64,000 nt of DNA from an uncultured Syntrophobacterales bacterium (GTDB lineage Bacteria; Desulfobacterota; Binatia; UBA9968; JAJDTQ01). Shown in pieces: positions 1 to 11,019 of this stretch. Every line of letters begins with the position of its first letter. Position 1 is the first letter of the stretch. Position numbers and translations under genes: made by a program. Location of the stretch: NCBI GenBank assembly GCA_964630405.1, contig CAZVUC010000017.1, forward strand, positions 48,536-112,535, read 5' to 3'. Under the pieces are notes generated by a model. That model was not told where the DNA came from, did no database searches, and was given only the letters and a program-made list of their open reading frames with translations.

Positions 1-1167
1 ATCGCGCATGGCGCCGCCGGCGCCGCCACCCTGGGCGCCGCCAACATCCTGATGGTGAGCAGCAACCTGCTGGAACTGCTGAGCGGCAATCCGGTATCGA
101 ATCAGACGGTGATCGACGCCGCCGCCCGATTCGTCCGTACCCGTCCGGGTTCCGAAAAGTCCGCCGACGTGTACCGGATGCTGGGAGCCGCCTACGAGGG
201 CAAGGGCCACCCTCACAAGGCGCTGCACTACTACCGGTTGTCCGGGAAGGTTCCGGCGGAAGACATTTCGAAGCTGGAGGAAGAGGCGGCGCAGACATTA
301 TTGGCCGCGGCCGGGCGTTCGGGCTCCAAAGCGCGCCAACGGACCCTCTATGCGACGATCCTCGAACACTACCCCGAGACTTCGGCCGGAGAGCAGGCCA
401 AGGGACGGCTGGCGCGGCTGGTTTCGGCGGAGAGTCGGGGCCTACGGTTGAGCAAACAGTTTCTCGCGGAGAACCCGCGCCTTTACGGCCCCGAAGGACT
501 GGGCCTCAAGGCCGCGCTCTTCGACGGCAGACTCCAGAACCTGGAGCTGGCCGACCCGGGCCTGAATGTCCTCGGCCGCAACGCCCTGCTGCTGCACTAC
601 CGCACTCCGTGGGGGACTCGGACCCGCACCCACTCCGTGGCCCGGGAACGGATCGAGAACCTGGAATCGCTGTTGCGCGAGAAGCACTACGCGCTTGCCA
701 GGCTGGATCCCGACGAAAGGGAAGCGGACGCCGGCGGGCTGGGGACCCTCCCGTCCGAGTTGATGCGGGTGGAGGCCCGGGGCCGGCGGCCGGACTCGGG
801 GGACCTGGACTTCATCCGCCGCACCGGCCGTGGCGCGGACCCGCGCTCACGGATACTCGACCACGAGCTGATGAGCAAGAAGGAAACCGACCCTCAACGG
901 GCCTACGGGCTGCCCGCGGTGCGGGGCAGCGTCACCGCGTCGGGAGTTAGCCTGCGGGCGGACGCGCCCAAGTCCTTTCTCGCCGACGAGCTGGTCCTCG
1001 GCAATGACTCCGTCAGCCCCTACGCCGGCGTCCGGCTGCCGATCCCGTTCCTGAAAGACTTCGTCCCGGTGGACTTCATGCTCCGCGCGCGCCCCGGACT
1101 GCCGTCTCTCACGCCCCAGATCCGCAACCCGAAGGCGTCGGTGGATGACGCCCGCCTGTACCGATAA
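1..1167 (+). CDS. Hypothetical protein with TPR-like segment; 5' end lies outside the window, since the reading frame is open back to base 1
   Basis: ORF 52..1167 stays in frame back to position 1; plausible composition; TPR-like stretch YRMLGAAYEGKGHPHKALHYYRLSGK; no recognisable catalytic motif. Confidence 0.5.
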   Translation: MAHGAAGAATLGAANILMVSSNLLELLSGNPVSNQTVIDAAARFVRTRPGSEKSADVYRMLGAAYEGKGHPHKALHYYRLSGKVPAEDISKLEEEAAQTLLAAAGRSGSKARQRTLYATILEHYPETSAGEQAKGRLARLVSAESRGLRLSKQFLAENPRLYGPEGLGLKAALFDGRLQNLELADPGLNVLGRNALLLHYRTPWGTRTRTHSVARERIENLESLLREKHYALARLDPDEREADAGGLGTLPSELMRVEARGRRPDSGDLDFIRRTGRGADPRSRILDHELMSKKETDPQRAYGLPAVRGSVTASGVSLRADAPKSFLADELVLGNDSVSPYAGVRLPIPFLKDFVPVDFMLRARPGLPSLTPQIRNPKASVDDARLYR

Positions 1168-1183
1168 ACCCCAGGAGGAAGCC

Positions 1184-1576
1184 ATGAGGAAAGTCCTTCA
1201 GCCCCAGAGCATACCCGATCCGCGGCCGCGTTACTCGCAAGGCATCATCGCCGAGGGGAAACGCCTGCTCTTCATCGCCGGCCAGACCGCCGTGGACGCC
1301 GACGGCAACATCGTCGGCAAGGGCGACGCCGCGGCCCAGGCCGAGCAGGTCCTCAAGAACATGAAGTCCGTCCTCGACGAGGCGGGGGCCGGCTTCGGGG
1401 ACATCGTCAAGATCACCACCTACATCACCGACCCGCGGTTCCGGGACGACCTGAACCCGGCGCGGCTCAAGTACATGGGCGACAACCCCCCGGCCAGCAC
1501 CCTGGTGGTGGCGGCCGGGCTGGCCAACCCCGATTTTCTGGTGGAGATCGAGGCGATCGTGGTGCTGCCGGACTGA
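1184..1576 (+). CDS. ridA: RidA/YjgF family reactive-intermediate deaminase
   Basis: About 130 aa with the family hallmark ...GDIVKITTYITD... and C-terminal VEIEAIVVLPD; GGAGG RBS 7 nt upstream of the ATG at 1184. Confidence 0.8.
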   Translation: MRKVLQPQSIPDPRPRYSQGIIAEGKRLLFIAGQTAVDADGNIVGKGDAAAQAEQVLKNMKSVLDEAGAGFGDIVKITTYITDPRFRDDLNPARLKYMGDNPPASTLVVAAGLANPDFLVEIEAIVVLPD

Positions 1577-1603
1577 CCGGGGAAACCACGCGGCAAGAAC
1601 CGG

Positions 1604-2809
1604 TTACGGCTTGACGATCAGCGACGGCTCTTCCGCCGCTTCCTGCTTCTCCTGGGCCTTGTGCAGGCCGAGGCTCCGCATCACCAGGGCTTCCAGCAAC
1701 GGGACCCCGAGGCTTCCGAGGTCGCCACGGCGGATGGCCGAGGCGATCCCGAGCACCGCCCTCGCCTTCTCGTCCTGACCGGAGACGTGCAGGTGGAGCG
1801 CGGCGTCCTCGAGGCGTCCCTCGAAGACCGGAGCGGTCTCGGCGCCGAGGAAGATTCCCTCGACCGCCTCCCGGACGATACCGCGGTACCGTTCTTCCTT
1901 CTGCATCGGGTTGAGCACGATGCGGCTCTGCTCGGTATCCTCGAGGCGCTCCAGGTAAGGCTCCAGCAAGTCCTTTTCCACGAACCAGGTGCGGAATTCC
2001 GGTTCCTCCAGGAGCTTCTCCGAAGTCTCGGACGGGGACATGGGTTCGACGCCGTCCGCGTCCACGAGGTCGCGGACCGGGTGGGCGCGTCGGGCAGGCT
2101 TGGCGGCGGTCAAGTGGGTCCGCAGCCGGGGATAGTCGGCCACCCCCTCCCCAGGGGACTCGGTCACTTTCTGATAGGCCTCGTGCACCAGCCAGTCGGC
2201 GTATTGCCAGGGCACGGGGGTCATGGAGACCTGGAGCTGGGCCTTCATGTCCTCCATCATCTGCCGCAGTTCCTTGCGGCGGATGACGTTGCCCCCCAGC
2301 CTCTCGAGGCCACGGCGGTCATTGACGGCGGCCTGCATGACCATCAGCCCGCCGCCGGGCTGCGGCCGCGTCAGGATCACCATGCGCGAGCCGGCCCCGG
2401 TGACGGACGACAGGTACCCCTCGATCTCCGGCGCCAGACTGAAGTTCGCTCCGGCATCCTCCGGGCGGGATTCCTCGGGCCCGGCCGGCACAAGCCCACC
2501 CTGGGCCAGCTTGAACAAGGACCGGCGGACCTCCCGTCGGATCTCCTTGCTCCCCGCCCGTTGCTCCAGGTCCTTGAGCGCCGCCACCGCGCCCGCATCC
2601 CGGATACGGCCCAGGACATGGGCCACGGCCGCTGAAACCGCCGGCTCGGCTCCGAACCGCCGGACCAGCGGTTCCACCATGGTCGCATCCGGCGATTCGA
2701 TCTCCAACCCCTCGCTACGAAGCGTGCCCAGACCGCTCCTAAGGGTCTTCTCCCGGGTATTCTGCCTGGCCATCGTGTTACTCTTGCCATACGGCAGCGG
2801 GTTTTCCAA
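1604..2809 (-). CDS. Hypothetical protein (401 aa)
   Basis: Long minus-strand ORF with protein-like composition (acidic, helical repeats); the overlapping plus-strand ORFs are R/G/P/H-rich GC artefacts. Confidence 0.5.
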   Translation of the reverse strand: MENPLPYGKSNTMARQNTREKTLRSGLGTLRSEGLEIESPDATMVEPLVRRFGAEPAVSAAVAHVLGRIRDAGAVAALKDLEQRAGSKEIRREVRRSLFKLAQGGLVPAGPEESRPEDAGANFSLAPEIEGYLSSVTGAGSRMVILTRPQPGGGLMVMQAAVNDRRGLERLGGNVIRRKELRQMMEDMKAQLQVSMTPVPWQYADWLVHEAYQKVTESPGEGVADYPRLRTHLTAAKPARRAHPVRDLVDADGVEPMSPSETSEKLLEEPEFRTWFVEKDLLEPYLERLEDTEQSRIVLNPMQKEERYRGIVREAVEGIFLGAETAPVFEGRLEDAALHLHVSGQDEKARAVLGIASAIRRGDLGSLGVPLLEALVMRSLGLHKAQEKQEAAEEPSLIVKP

Positions 2810-3085
2810 CGGAGCGGGCGGACCGGCCCCCGATACGGCCCGCGGCGCAAGACCCGCGGACCGGCTCCATCCATGCCGCCCCGGAGCCTGAACGGTTGAC
2901 TTGTCCGCCGCCGCCCGCTAATTCAGATGGGAATCGGCGAGCACGAAGCAGCCCCCCGTTACAGAGTTCTTTCCCCGCTCGAAGCCGGCATTTCGGGATG
3001 CGAAGCGGCCTCGCTGTGCGGCCACCACCGGCTGCGGAAGGCGCGACGCCGCCGATCGAGAAACGTACTTCAGGAGGCATACTTT

Positions 3086-3874
3086 ATGGCAGACGGCACC
3101 ATTGACCAGACGACCGAGGGCGGCATCTCGCTCATCGAGCTCAATCATCCGCCGGTCAACTCTTACACGCACGAGATGTTGCGGGAGCTCGACGACGCGC
3201 TGCTGAAGGCGCGTTTCGACGACGACACCCACGTGATCGTGATCACCGGCAAGGGAGAGAAGTTCTTCTCCGCCGGCGCCGACATCAACATGCTCGGCAC
3301 CCAGACCCTGTCCTACAAGTCCAACTTCGCGCTGCACGGCCACGAGGTGCTGATGCGCATGGAGAACACGCCCAAGCTGGTGATCGCGGCCCTCAACGGC
3401 CACGCCATCGGCGGCGGCCTCGAAATCTCCATGGCGGCGGACATCCGCATCGGCAAGAAGGACGGCGGCCGCATGGGGCTGGCCGAGGTGAACCTCGGGG
3501 TCATGCCGGGCATGGGCGGCACCCAGCGCCTGCCGCGCCTGGTGGGCCGGGCCAAGGCCCTGGAACTGTGCGCCACCGGCAAGCAGGTGGCCTTCGATGA
3601 GGCCATGGACATGGGCCTCCTCCACTACATCTACGAGCGCGACACCTTCCTGCAGGACGTGATGGACTACGCCAGGCAGTTCGTGCCCCCCAACAAGGCC
3701 AGCATGGCCGTGGGCAAGATCAAGCGCGCGGTCCACGCGGGCATCGAGAGCTCCCTGCCGGAGGGTCTGGCGTTCGAGCGGGAGGTGCTCACCCAGACCT
3801 TCGCCAGCGAGGACGGCAACGAGGGCGTGACCGCCTACCTGGAAAAGCGGACGGCCAAGTTCAAGGGCCAGTAG
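3086..3874 (+). CDS. Enoyl-CoA hydratase/isomerase (crotonase) family protein
   Basis: Crotonase signatures ...[18 protein letters not shown]... and ...[22 protein letters not shown]...; AGGAGG RBS before the ATG at 3086. Confidence 0.85.
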   Translation: MADGTIDQTTEGGISLIELNHPPVNSYTHEMLRELDDALLKARFDDDTHVIVITGKGEKFFSAGADINMLGTQTLSYKSNFALHGHEVLMRMENTPKLVIAALNGHAIGGGLEISMAADIRIGKKDGGRMGLAEVNLGVMPGMGGTQRLPRLVGRAKALELCATGKQVAFDEAMDMGLLHYIYERDTFLQDVMDYARQFVPPNKASMAVGKIKRAVHAGIESSLPEGLAFEREVLTQTFASEDGNEGVTAYLEKRTAKFKGQ

Positions 3875-3972
3875 ACGTACGAGACGGTTCAAGGCCCTGG
3901 CGGCCGCCTCGCGCGGCGCGTCCGGGGCTTTGTGCGAAACATCCCATCAGGTTCACAATCCGGAGGTATCGA

Positions 3973-5430
3973 ATGTCCAAGCTGTTGATCGGCGGTGAGC
4001 TCGTCGACGCCGTGAAGAAGGAAACCTACGAAGTGCGCAACCCCGCCACCGGCCAGGTGGTGGACCACGCCGCCAAGGGCTCGGAAGAGGACGTCCGGCA
4101 AGCCGTGGACGCCGCGGAGACGGCCTTCAAGGAGTGGTCCGACACCACCCCCGAAGACCGCGGCAAGGCGCTGGAGAGCGCCTGCCAACTGATCCAGGAG
4201 CGCAGCAAGGACATCGCGACGCTGCTGACCCAGGAGCAGGGCAAGACCCTGTTCGAGGCGGGCCTGGAAATCCACCACCTGATCCACGGCCTGGAGTTCT
4301 ACGCCGGCCTCGCCTCCAAGGTGCGCGGCTCCCACGTGCCGCTGCCGCAGAAGAACGCCTACGGCATGGTCGTACGCCAGCCCATCGGCGTGTGCGGCGC
4401 CATCGTGCCGTGGAACTTCCCGCTGACGCTCATGGGCACCAAGGTGGGTCCGGCGCTGGCCGCCGGCAACACGATCATCGTGAAGCCCGCCTCGACCACG
4501 CCGCTGGCCACCGCGCTGTGCATGGAGCTGATCGCCCAGGCCACCTACGCCGGCGGCAAGAAGTCCCTGCCGGCGGGCACGGTGAACTACATCAGCGGAC
4601 CGGGCGGCTCGGTGGGCGAGGAGATCCTGAGCAACCCCCGCATCCGCCGTATCGCTTTCACAGGCTCCACTCCCATCGGCCGTCACGTCATGGAGGTGGC
4701 CGGACGGGAGATCAAGCGCGTGACCCTGGAGCTGGGCGGCAGCGACCCCATGATCGTCATGGAGGACGCCAACGTCGACATGGCGGTGAAGATGGCCGAC
4801 ATCGGGCGGTACTTCAACTGCGGCCAGATGTGCCTGGGCGTGAAGCGCCTGTTCGTGCACGAGTCCGTTGCCGATGACTTCGTCGGCAAGCTGGCGGCCG
4901 GCCTCCAGAAGAAGGCGGTGGGCGACGGCATGAAGAAGGAAAGCCGCATGGGGCCGCTCCACGTCGACTACCAGCGCACCGAGGTGGAAGAGCAGGTGGA
5001 GGACGCCAAGGCGCGGGGCGCCAAGGCGGTGGCGGGGGGCGCCCGGCCGGAGGGCGACGAGTTCAAGAACGGCCACTTCTACCTGCCGACGCTGCTCACG
5101 GACGTACCGGATGACGCCCGCATCGCCACCGAGGAGTGTTTCGGACCGGCGTTGCCGGTGTTCACCTTCCAGGACATCGACGAAGCCATCGAGCGGGCCA
5201 ACGCCTCCGAGTTCGGCCTGGGCTCATCCATCTGGACGAGCAACATGAAGTACGCCAACAAGGCCATCGACAGGCTGGAGGCGGGCAACGTGTGGGTCAA
5301 CTCGCTCCACTACGGCTATGACGAGTTGCCCTTCGGCGGCGTCAAGTCCAGCGGCGTGGGGCGCGAGCACGGGCCCGAGGCGCTGGACTACTACCTGGAG
5401 CCCAAGGGCGTGGTGGTGGTCGACGTATAG
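3973..5430 (+). CDS. NAD(P)-dependent aldehyde dehydrogenase
   Basis: ALDH family length (485 aa) and motifs: VPWNFPL, catalytic region ELGGSDP..., FNCGQMCLG active-site Cys motif, and C-terminal LPFGGVKSSGVGREHG. Confidence 0.85.
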   Translation: MSKLLIGGELVDAVKKETYEVRNPATGQVVDHAAKGSEEDVRQAVDAAETAFKEWSDTTPEDRGKALESACQLIQERSKDIATLLTQEQGKTLFEAGLEIHHLIHGLEFYAGLASKVRGSHVPLPQKNAYGMVVRQPIGVCGAIVPWNFPLTLMGTKVGPALAAGNTIIVKPASTTPLATALCMELIAQATYAGGKKSLPAGTVNYISGPGGSVGEEILSNPRIRRIAFTGSTPIGRHVMEVAGREIKRVTLELGGSDPMIVMEDANVDMAVKMADIGRYFNCGQMCLGVKRLFVHESVADDFVGKLAAGLQKKAVGDGMKKESRMGPLHVDYQRTEVEEQVEDAKARGAKAVAGGARPEGDEFKNGHFYLPTLLTDVPDDARIATEECFGPALPVFTFQDIDEAIERANASEFGLGSSIWTSNMKYANKAIDRLEAGNVWVNSLHYGYDELPFGGVKSSGVGREHGPEALDYYLEPKGVVVVDV

Positions 5431-5452
5431 GAATGCAGACCCGACGCCATGA

Positions 5453-5492
5453 ACGGGTGCCACTGTGAAGCGGTGGCACCCGTTTTCGTATT
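5453..5492 (+). terminator. Rho-independent terminator after the aldehyde dehydrogenase gene
   Basis: Perfect 11-bp stem ACGGGTGCCAC/GTGGCACCCGT with a 9-nt loop, followed by TTTTCGTATT. Confidence 0.7.
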
Positions 5493-5506
5493 GACACAGG
5501 CGGCCG

Positions 5507-7291
5507 ATGCAAGCGCCCGGAAATCCGTCCGATTCTCGACCGGCCAGCAGGGACCTGCGTCCGCTGCGCCGACTCGTCCGGTACCTGAAACCCTACCCCT
5601 GGCTGCTTGCCCTCACCGTCCTCTCCCTGCTCGCCGCCGCGGTGACGACGCTGGTCCTGCCCATAGCGGCCCGGCAGATCCTGGAGATCGGCTTCACCGA
5701 AGAGAACCGGGCGCTCATCGGCCGGCACTTTCAACTCCTGCTCGGGGTCATCGCGGTGCTGGCGGTGGCGTCCGCGAGCCGTTTCTACTTCGTCGCCCGG
5801 ATCGGCGAGCGGGTCGTGGCGGACATCCGCAAGCAGATCCACGGACACGTGCTGGGCATGAACCCCACGTTCTTCGAGGTGACCCGCACTGGCGAGATCC
5901 TGTCGCGCCTCACCACCGATACGACGCTGATCCAGACGGTGATCGGTTCCGGCGCCTCCATGGCGTTGCGCAACCTGCTGATCTTCGTGGGCGGGTTCGT
6001 CATGCTGATCGTCACCAGCCCGCAGCTCATGGGCGCCGTCCTGGTGCTGATTCCGGTGGTGTTGCTGCCGATCCTGGTACTGGGACGAAGGGTGCGGCGG
6101 CTGTCCCGGCTGAGCCAGGACCGCGTGGCCGACACCAGCGCCCTCGCCGGCGAGAACCTCGACGCGGTGGAGACGGTCCAGGCGTTCACCCAGGAACGCG
6201 CCGAGAAGGACCGTTTCGGCGCCGCCACGGAAGCGGCCTACCACACCGCGCTGGTGCGAATCCGCAACCGGGCGTTGTTGATCTTCCTGGTGATCGCGCT
6301 CATGTTCGGCGGCGTGGTGGGGGTGCTCTGGCTGGGGGCGGACGCGGTGCTGAGCGGCCGCATGTCCGCCGGCGTTCTGGTCCAGTTCGTCTTCTACGCG
6401 ATTTTCGTAGCCGGCTCCGCCGCGACCCTCAGCCAGGTGTGGGGCGAGGTGCAACGGGCCGCCGGCGCCGCCGAACGCTTGCTGGAGATGCTGGAGGCGC
6501 GACCCGCCATCACCGCGCCTTCGGAGCCGCGGCTTCTGCCGACGCCGGCCGCCGGGAACGTCGACCTCGAAGCGGTGGAGTTCCGCTACCCTTCCCGGCC
6601 CGACGAACGCGCCCTTGACGGCTTCTCACTCTCCATCGAGCCCGGCGAGACAGTCGCCCTGGTGGGTCCTTCGGGAGCCGGCAAGAGCACGGTCTTCAAG
6701 CTGCTGCTGCGGTTCTACGACCCGGGCAGCGGGTGCATCCGGCTGGACGGCCTGGATTTGCGGCATGCCGATCCTCAGGCTGTGCGGAGCCGTATCGGGC
6801 TCGTGCCCCAGGAAACCGTCATCTTCGCCGCCAATGCCAGGGAAAACATCCGCTATGGCCGCCCCGAGGCCCTGGACGCCGAGGTGACCGCGGCCGCACG
6901 GGCCGCCTTCGCCGATGACTTCATCCAGGAACTGCCCGAGCGCTACGACACCTTCCTGGGCGAGAAAGGCATGCGGCTCTCCATCGGCCAACGCCAGCGC
7001 ATCGCCATCGCCCGGGCGATTCTCCGAGACCCGGCGGTGATGCTGCTGGACGAGGCCACCAGCTCCCTGGACGCCGAGAGCGAGCACCTGGTGCACGAAG
7101 CCCTGGAGCGCCTCATGGCCGACCGCACCACCCTCATCATCGCCCACCGTCTGGCCACCGTGCTCAAGGCCGACCGCATCGTGGTCATGGACCGGGGCCG
7201 CATCGTCGCCACCGGCACCCACGAGGAACTCATGAGCGGCGGCGGCCTCTACGCCCGGTTGGCGTCGCTTCAGTTCGCACCGGAGGCCTAG
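5507..7291 (+). CDS. ABC exporter, fused permease and ATPase (MsbA-like)
   Basis: N-terminal six-helix TMD beginning ...LRRLVRYLKPYPWLLALTVLSLL...; C-terminal NBD with Walker A GPSGAGKST, ABC signature LSIGQRQR and Walker B MLLDEATSSLD. Confidence 0.85.
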   Translation: MQAPGNPSDSRPASRDLRPLRRLVRYLKPYPWLLALTVLSLLAAAVTTLVLPIAARQILEIGFTEENRALIGRHFQLLLGVIAVLAVASASRFYFVARIGERVVADIRKQIHGHVLGMNPTFFEVTRTGEILSRLTTDTTLIQTVIGSGASMALRNLLIFVGGFVMLIVTSPQLMGAVLVLIPVVLLPILVLGRRVRRLSRLSQDRVADTSALAGENLDAVETVQAFTQERAEKDRFGAATEAAYHTALVRIRNRALLIFLVIALMFGGVVGVLWLGADAVLSGRMSAGVLVQFVFYAIFVAGSAATLSQVWGEVQRAAGAAERLLEMLEARPAITAPSEPRLLPTPAAGNVDLEAVEFRYPSRPDERALDGFSLSIEPGETVALVGPSGAGKSTVFKLLLRFYDPGSGCIRLDGLDLRHADPQAVRSRIGLVPQETVIFAANARENIRYGRPEALDAEVTAAARAAFADDFIQELPERYDTFLGEKGMRLSIGQRQRIAIARAILRDPAVMLLDEATSSLDAESEHLVHEALERLMADRTTLIIAHRLATVLKADRIVVMDRGRIVATGTHEELMSGGGLYARLASLQFAPEA

Positions 7292-7295
7292 CGCA

Positions 7296-7721
7296 ATGGA
7301 GCAGCGTCTCAGCATCGTCACCCTGGGAGTAAAGGATCTTCATCGTGCCCGGACGTTCTACGAGGCGCTCGGCTGGCGCGTCGCCAACGAAGAGAACGCC
7401 GGTTCCATCGTCTGTTTCACGCTCAACGGAATCGGTTTCGCCCTCTATCCGCACGAGAAGCTCGTTGAAGACATCGGCCTGCCCGACTTGAGTGGCGGGG
7501 CGACGGGTGCGGTCACCCTGGCCTACAACGTCCGTGCGCGCGAGGACGTGGCCACGGTGCTTGACGAAGCCCAACGCGCCGGCGGCGCCATCGTCAAGCC
7601 GGCGCAGGATGTATTCTGGGGCGGCCATTCGGGATACTTCAAGGATCCCGACGGGCATCTGTGGGAAGTTGCCTGGAACCCCTTCTCGCCGCTCGACGAC
7701 GACGGAAACTTCGCCTGGTAG
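7296..7721 (+). CDS. VOC/glyoxalase-bleomycin resistance family protein
   Basis: 141 aa; VOC-like start LSIVTLGVKDLHRARTFYEALGW; 5 nt downstream of the ABC gene. Confidence 0.65.
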   Translation: MEQRLSIVTLGVKDLHRARTFYEALGWRVANEENAGSIVCFTLNGIGFALYPHEKLVEDIGLPDLSGGATGAVTLAYNVRAREDVATVLDEAQRAGGAIVKPAQDVFWGGHSGYFKDPDGHLWEVAWNPFSPLDDDGNFAW

Positions 7722-7987
7722 CCAGCCATTCCATTGGTCCGGCGGGCACCTACCGCGACGCGCTCTCGCCTCCCACCCAATCACCGTGCTGCTCCGGTAC
7801 GCCGCCGGGCCAGATGAATTGTCGACATGGACGAACGAACGCGTGGGATCAGGACCGAGCACGGCCGATCCTTGATTCCGCATGAGTAGTCTGATAAAAG
7901 ATCCCTGTATAAAGTTATCTTAATTGACAAATTCAAGGGTTCTTTCAGCGCAATTCTGCGCATTCGACACAAGTTCTGCCGGAAGTC

Positions 7988-9397
7988 ATGCTGAAACGGC
8001 GAGAGATTGCCTACCTTGAGGAATGGGCCGCCCGGCGTGGCCGCAAACCGTTGGTGATCCGTGGCGCCCGGCAAGTGGGAAAGTCAACGCTGGTGCGCGA
8101 GTTCGCCAGGACCGCGGGCAAGCCACTGGTCACGGTCGACTTCGAGCGCAACCCGGAACTGCGGCAGGCATTCACCGTTCGGGACCCGGCGCGGATTCTC
8201 TCCACGCTCGCGCTGCTCACCGGTCAAACCATTGCGCCCGGAACCCACCTGTTGTTTCTCGACGAGATTCAAGCGGCCCCGGAAGCGCTGGCGGCACTGC
8301 GATACTTCTACGAGGAAGCTTCCGAAGTGCATGTCGTTGCCGCGGGCTCGCTCGTGGAGTTCGCCCTCGCCGACACCCGGTTCTCGATGCCCGTGGGCCG
8401 GGCCGAGTATCTACACCTGGGGCCGCTGGCCTTCGAGGACTTCCTCGACGCCATGGGGCGCCCGGAACTGTCCGCCCACCTGCGCGCCATCTCGTTGCCC
8501 GATCTCGAGGATGCCTTTCCTGACGCAGTGCATCAACGGTACATCGACCTGCTGCGGGAATACTGGATTGTGGGAGGTCTTCCGGAGGCCGTCTCGGGCT
8601 ATGCACAGGGGCAAGGGAACGCCGATGGGGGCTTCCCCCAGCTCGCTCGCATCCAGCAGAGCATGATGGCCACCTATCGGGACGACTTCAACAAGTACAG
8701 CCACGGAAGCTCCCGGGACCGGCTGCGCATGGTGTTCGACAGTCTGCCGGGTCTGGTCGGACGCAAGTTCAAGTACGTCGGGATCAGCCGGGACCACCGC
8801 GCCGCGGAGCTGGCGGACGCGCTGCGACTGCTGTGCATGGCGCGAATCGCCTACAAGGTCTGCCGCACCGCGGCCAACGGCGTGCCGCTGGCCGCGGAAG
8901 TGAACGAGCGCCATTTCAAGTGTTTGTTCATGGATGTCGGCCTGATGTGCGCCGCACTGCATCTGGATCTGCTCGACCTTGGCAGGCACGACTTGACGCT
9001 GGTGAACGCTGGCGCCGTCGCCGAGCAGTTCATCGGCCAACACCTGCTCTACGGCGGCCCCGGCTACGAGACGCCGGCTCTGTACTACTGGGCGCGGGAG
9101 ACCAGGAACGCCGCTGCCGAAGTGGACTACCTGATGACCTTGGGCGCGCAAGTCGTTCCCGTCGAGGTCAAGGCAGGCGCCACCGGCTCGCTGAAGTCGC
9201 TGCACCAGTTCCTGAAGGAAAAGGGCAGCGCGTTCGGGCTTCGTTTCAATTCCGCGGCGCCGAGCCTGCTGCGCGATTCGACAAGGCTGCCGGACGGCAA
9301 TGCCCTCGACTATCATCTGCTGTCGCTGCCCCTCTACCTGGTCGGTCAGGCGCGGCGGCTGGCAGGAGAGTTTCGGGACAGGACACCAGGCCCGTGA
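7988..9397 (+). CDS. AAA-family ATPase with C-terminal DUF4143-like region
   Basis: Walker A IRGARQVGKST and Walker B LLFLDEIQ; typical ~470 aa length; preceded by a 270-bp AT-rich region. Confidence 0.75.
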   Translation: MLKRREIAYLEEWAARRGRKPLVIRGARQVGKSTLVREFARTAGKPLVTVDFERNPELRQAFTVRDPARILSTLALLTGQTIAPGTHLLFLDEIQAAPEALAALRYFYEEASEVHVVAAGSLVEFALADTRFSMPVGRAEYLHLGPLAFEDFLDAMGRPELSAHLRAISLPDLEDAFPDAVHQRYIDLLREYWIVGGLPEAVSGYAQGQGNADGGFPQLARIQQSMMATYRDDFNKYSHGSSRDRLRMVFDSLPGLVGRKFKYVGISRDHRAAELADALRLLCMARIAYKVCRTAANGVPLAAEVNERHFKCLFMDVGLMCAALHLDLLDLGRHDLTLVNAGAVAEQFIGQHLLYGGPGYETPALYYWARETRNAAAEVDYLMTLGAQVVPVEVKAGATGSLKSLHQFLKEKGSAFGLRFNSAAPSLLRDSTRLPDGNALDYHLLSLPLYLVGQARRLAGEFRDRTPGP

Positions 9398-9515
9398 TAA
9401 CGGCATCTCTGAGGTTTGCTCAAAGGGCGACAGCACGGCGTCCCCCAGAAGCCGTCGAAGGGCCGGAGAGGATGACACAGCGCGGGGCGAGGATGGCGGT
9501 GGGGCGGCCGAGGAG

Positions 9516-10889
<1,374 letters not shown>

Positions 10890-10964
10890 GGCTCGTCCTC
10901 TACCTCCGACGAAATTTCGACGCAAGCCTTGGGAGCTTGCGTCCACCGGCACCGCCGGTGCGGA

Positions 10965-10991
10965 CACGGGCGGGTTTGAAACCCGCCCGTG
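10965..10991. repeat. REP-like palindrome copy 1 (CACGGGCGGGTTTGAAACCCGCCCGTG)
   Basis: Perfect 13-bp-arm hairpin 28 nt downstream of the eutA-like stop; the same GGGCGGGTTTGAAACCCGCCC core recurs at 32052 and 34448. Confidence 0.7.
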
Positions 10992-11019
10992 CACCCTCGT
11001 CTTGCTGCGGCGCAGGTGT

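Noticed and set aside
5491-5496. TTGACA directly after the terminator as the promoter for the ABC exporter
   Set aside because: It is only 11 nt before the annotated ATG at 5507, leaving no room for a -10 element and TSS. It is either coincidental or the true start codon is further downstream.
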